Under the pieces are notes generated by a model that searched no databases, was not told where the DNA came from, and was given only the letters and a program-made list of their open reading frames with translations. Positions 60,973 to 64,000 of a stretch of 64,000 nt of DNA are shown piece after piece. Each line of letters begins with the position of its first letter. The stretch's first letter is position 1. Made by a program: the position numbers and the translations under genes. The stretch is from an uncultured Planctomycetia bacterium (GTDB lineage: Bacteria; Omnitrophota; Gorgyraeia; VGKH01; JBHPFN01): the NCBI GenBank assembly GCA_964406665.1, contig CAYOSQ010000003.1, positions 186,558 through 250,557 on the forward strand, given 5' to 3'.

Positions 60973-61061
60973 GGAGAGGTGGCTGAGCGGTTGAAAGCAG
61001 TTGCCTGCTAAGCAATTGGGCTGCGCAAGCGGCCCCTCGGGTTCGAATCCCGACCTCTCCG
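60973..61061 (+). tRNA. tRNA-Ser (anticodon GCU)
   Basis: Class II tRNA, anticodon loop ctGCTaa, long variable arm, T-arm cgggTTCGAAtcccg. Confidence 0.8.
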
Positions 61062-61108
61062 CATATTTGAAAAAAATTATAACCAATAAAAGAAAGGGGA
61101 AACAAAAT

Positions 61109-61741
61109 ATGAAGAAGTTAATTGGCTTTGCAGTAATCATTTCGATATTCTTTTTTACCCCCAGCAGTGTTTTTTGTCAGTGGCAAGAACCAGGATTTAA
61201 CTTCCAGCAATATACAAGATTTGATACTAACGATGAAGAAGATAACTTATTGCGAAATCGCTTAGAGGCTAATCTTATCTATTCTTTAAAAGAAAACTTT
61301 AATTTTGTTGTAAGCCCATTTATAGAGTTGGATCACAATTTTGACCGTAACGAATTTGAAAGAATGGAGTTCGGCGCTGAATTCGGCTCGAACTTTGCAG
61401 AGCATTTTTATCTTGGATTAGGCTTTCAATATGCAATGCTTTCATACAATTGGCCGGCATATTCATGGTATCCTGAGACGGATGATACTTCAGAGATGGA
61501 ACCGCGTTTTTTATTCCAATATCCTCTTATAACAATTGATGAAAAAGAATTAACCGGTTTTATTCTTGATGAATATACTTATGATTTTCGGTTTGGAAAA
61601 GGCGTGAGAAACGAAGTTTGTATCGGTTTAAAATATCCCATATGGGAAAATTTAACTGGTAGTCTTGGTTGGAGACATGTCGATAGAATTCATGACTATG
61701 ACTCTGATACTATTGAAATAGGAGGAATTTTTAATTTCTAA
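61109..61741 (+). CDS. Secreted hypothetical protein (possibly outer-membrane beta-rich)
   Basis: Signal peptide. The start moves to the ATG at 61109 because the ORF-track start lies inside the tRNA. Alternating aromatic/hydrophilic pattern, ending in F. Confidence 0.5.
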   Translation: MKKLIGFAVIISIFFFTPSSVFCQWQEPGFNFQQYTRFDTNDEEDNLLRNRLEANLIYSLKENFNFVVSPFIELDHNFDRNEFERMEFGAEFGSNFAEHFYLGLGFQYAMLSYNWPAYSWYPETDDTSEMEPRFLFQYPLITIDEKELTGFILDEYTYDFRFGKGVRNEVCIGLKYPIWENLTGSLGWRHVDRIHDYDSDTIEIGGIFNF

Positions 61742-61743
61742 AA

Positions 61744-63420
61744 ATGTCTTATTTAGTATTAGCCAGAAAATGGCGGCCAAATAACTTTGATGAGGTTATA
61801 GGTCAAATAAGTACTACAACAACATTAAAGAATGCAGTAAAGCAAGGAAAGTTGGCTCAGGCATATCTTTTTGCCGGTCCCCGTGGCATAGGAAAGACAT
61901 CTTGTGCAAGAATCCTAGCAAAATCTTTAAATTGTAAAAAAGGTCCTGCGCCATCTCCTTGTAATTCTTGTCCGTCTTGCGAGGATATATCCAAGGGAAG
62001 AAGTTTTGATGTAATAGAGATAGACGGTGCATCCAATAGAGGTATTGATGAAATAAGGTCTTTGAGAGAGAATGTTAAGTTTTCCCCGAGTAGCGGAAAA
62101 TTCAAAATTTATATAATTGACGAAGTTCATATGTTAACTACTGAGGCATTCAATGCTCTGCTTAAAACGTTGGAAGAGCCACCTGAGCATGTAAAATTTA
62201 TTTTTGCTACGACCCAGCCAGATAAACTTCCCTCGACAATAGTTTCCCGTTGTCAGCGGTTTGATTTTAGGCCTATTTCAGTAATAGATATTATCAAAAA
62301 ATTAGAGATTATTGTTAAGCATGATAAATTTAAGGTTGATAAAGAAGCATTATTTGCTATTGCCCGTGCAGCATCTGGTAGTATGCGGGATGCCGAATCT
62401 ATACTTGATCAGTTAGGCGCATATTCTCAAAATAAGATTGCAGTTAGCGATGTATCCGATATGCTTGGTTTGGTTATGCAGAATTCGTTATTTGAAATAG
62501 CCGAATCTATTGCTAAAAAAGATGCAAAAAACGCCATAGAGCTCGCTGATAAGATTATTGGACAAGGAAAAGACCCATATCAGTTCATAATTAGCCTTAT
62601 GGAGCATTTTCGTAATCTGATGATTGCTAAAGTTGGTGGAACTGTATTGGGAAATATGTTAGATTTACCGTCGGAAATGCAAGAGAGAATAATCAATCAA
62701 AGCAATGCTTTTACTTTAAATGAAATCTTAAATACAATTGATAAATTAATTGAAGCAAAAGATTTATCTAGGAGGATTGATTTTTTACGTCTGCCGCTTG
62801 AATTGACGTTGGCAAAATTGACTTTAAGCGAGGAGGAATCATCTCTGGAATCTCAAAAACCTTCTGAAACTTTGAGACTGCCGGTAAAGAATAATTTTAA
62901 TGAACAAGTTGAAAAAAATCCCGTTAGTAAACCAGCTGTTCAGAATCCTATAAAGGCAAAGACTAGTCTTAATTCAACAAAAGGAAGCGTGGGTTTTGAT
63001 GCCCAAGAGCCTACAGAGGAAAAGCCAGCTGAAGAAATTAAGGGTGAAGAAAAAATAGAACCACAGCAGGTTGATCTTGAACAAATCAAGCATTCTTGGC
63101 ATAGATTAATTAAACAACTTAGCACCATAAAGATGTCTGTATCAATGTTTCTTCAGGAGGGTGAGTTAACAAAGATTGATAAAAATATTTTAACTATAAC
63201 ATTTCCTCAGAGTGCCAAATTTCATAAGGAGTCTTTAGAGGAAATGGCAACTCGTTCTATGATCGAGGAACATATCAGAGATATTTTTGATCAGGATATA
63301 AGGTTAGATTTCGAACTTGCTGATAAAAAACCAGAAGAAGAATCTGTGGAAGATAACACCATGGTTAAGTCTGCGTTAGATACTTTTCGCGGAAGAATGA
63401 TTGGAAAATTTTATAAATAA
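61744..63420 (+). CDS. dnaX: DNA polymerase III subunits gamma/tau
   Basis: AAA+ clamp-loader motifs (GPRGIGKTS, DEVHML), zinc Cys cluster, SRC motif. Confidence 0.95.
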   Translation: MSYLVLARKWRPNNFDEVIGQISTTTTLKNAVKQGKLAQAYLFAGPRGIGKTSCARILAKSLNCKKGPAPSPCNSCPSCEDISKGRSFDVIEIDGASNRGIDEIRSLRENVKFSPSSGKFKIYIIDEVHMLTTEAFNALLKTLEEPPEHVKFIFATTQPDKLPSTIVSRCQRFDFRPISVIDIIKKLEIIVKHDKFKVDKEALFAIARAASGSMRDAESILDQLGAYSQNKIAVSDVSDMLGLVMQNSLFEIAESIAKKDAKNAIELADKIIGQGKDPYQFIISLMEHFRNLMIAKVGGTVLGNMLDLPSEMQERIINQSNAFTLNEILNTIDKLIEAKDLSRRIDFLRLPLELTLAKLTLSEEESSLESQKPSETLRLPVKNNFNEQVEKNPVSKPAVQNPIKAKTSLNSTKGSVGFDAQEPTEEKPAEEIKGEEKIEPQQVDLEQIKHSWHRLIKQLSTIKMSVSMFLQEGELTKIDKNILTITFPQSAKFHKESLEEMATRSMIEEHIRDIFDQDIRLDFELADKKPEEESVEDNTMVKSALDTFRGRMIGKFYK

Positions 63421-63436
63421 TTCTTAAGGAGGAAAA

Positions 63437-64000
63437 GTGAGAAATTATACAAATTCATTGGAGAGCTTAATCCGCAAGCTCACCAAACTCCCGGGGATAG
63501 GTAGAAGGAGTGCGGAGAGAATAGTGAATTATGTTTTAAGCGCACCGGGGCAGGAAGTAAAATCATTGACTGATGCAATTATTTTAGCAAAGCATAAAGT
63601 AAAACTTTGCCAAGTTTGCAGTAATTTAACTGAAGATGATGTTTGTTCAGTCTGCCAAGATCCTCAAAGAAAAAAGGATATGGTTTGTGTGGTAGAAGAG
63701 CCCAAAGACGTAATTTCTATAGAAAAGACAGGAACATTTGATGGCTGCTATCATGTGCTCATGGGTTCCATTGCTCCTTTGGAGGGAAAAGGTCCTGAAG
63801 ATTTGAGAATTAAAGAACTATTGACAAGAATAGAGGAACAAGGTATAAAAGAAATCATTATTGCCACTGATTCTGATACAGAAGGCGAAGCAACAGCTCT
63901 TTATTTAACTAAGATGATTAGGCCTTTAGGGATTAAGGTAATGAGGATCGGTTTAGGTATTCCTGTTGGAAGCAACTTGGATTATATCGACACTACAACG
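63437..64000 (+). CDS. recR: Recombination protein RecR (3' end outside window)
   Basis: HhH (LPGIGRRSAERI), C4 zinc finger (CQVCSNLTEDDVCSVC), Toprim. GTG start after a ggagg RBS. Confidence 0.85.
   Translation, partial: MRNYTNSLESLIRKLTKLPGIGRRSAERIVNYVLSAPGQEVKSLTDAIILAKHKVKLCQVCSNLTEDDVCSVCQDPQRKKDMVCVVEEPKDVISIEKTGTFDGCYHVLMGSIAPLEGKGPEDLRIKELLTRIEEQGIKEIIIATDSDTEGEATALYLTKMIRPLGIKVMRIGLGIPVGSNLDYIDTTT

Overview
The window is AT-rich bacterial chromosome, roughly mid-30s % GC by eye. Every gene I can support lies on the + strand. The left end carries a riboflavin operon under an FMN riboswitch (ribBA-ribH-nusB-PHP-ribD-ribE). It is followed by a small fatty-acid cluster: a catalytically dead ketosynthase homolog, then fabG and fabZ. 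A 1102-aa ORF fuses an N-terminal TM helix, a long coiled coil and an acidic EKPA-rich linker in-frame to a complete EF-G. A c-di-GMP-I (GEMM)-like leader precedes a secreted protein ending in a Hint/intein-like autoprocessing domain. Housekeeping genes follow: tRNA-Pro, acyP, ligA, xerD-like, cca, rbfA, nrnA, truB, ribF. A full dcw cell-wall/division cluster runs mraZ to ftsA, with MraZ-box repeats in its promoter. ftsZ is not at its usual place after ftsA, and a peptidase-MA-like gene sits between murG and murC. The middle of the window holds a DNA-processing/defence-like islet: an Fe-S UDG-like protein, a DUF2779 nuclease, rmuC, and a retron. The retron has an msr-msd ncRNA flanked by 17-bp a1/a2 inverted repeats, an RT with a ~240-aa N-terminal extension, and a 2TM protein downstream; the islet ends at tRNA-Arg(UCG). 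Further right are four secreted proteins of unknown function, tRNA-Lys, and an archease-rtcB RNA-repair operon. serS sits beside four tRNA-Ser isoacceptors, with a CpaF-like ATPase among them. Three 42-bp tandem repeats abut tRNA-Arg(ACG), which lies directly upstream of tadA. The window ends with dnaX and the start of recR. No rRNA, CRISPR array, transposase or phage structural genes were seen.
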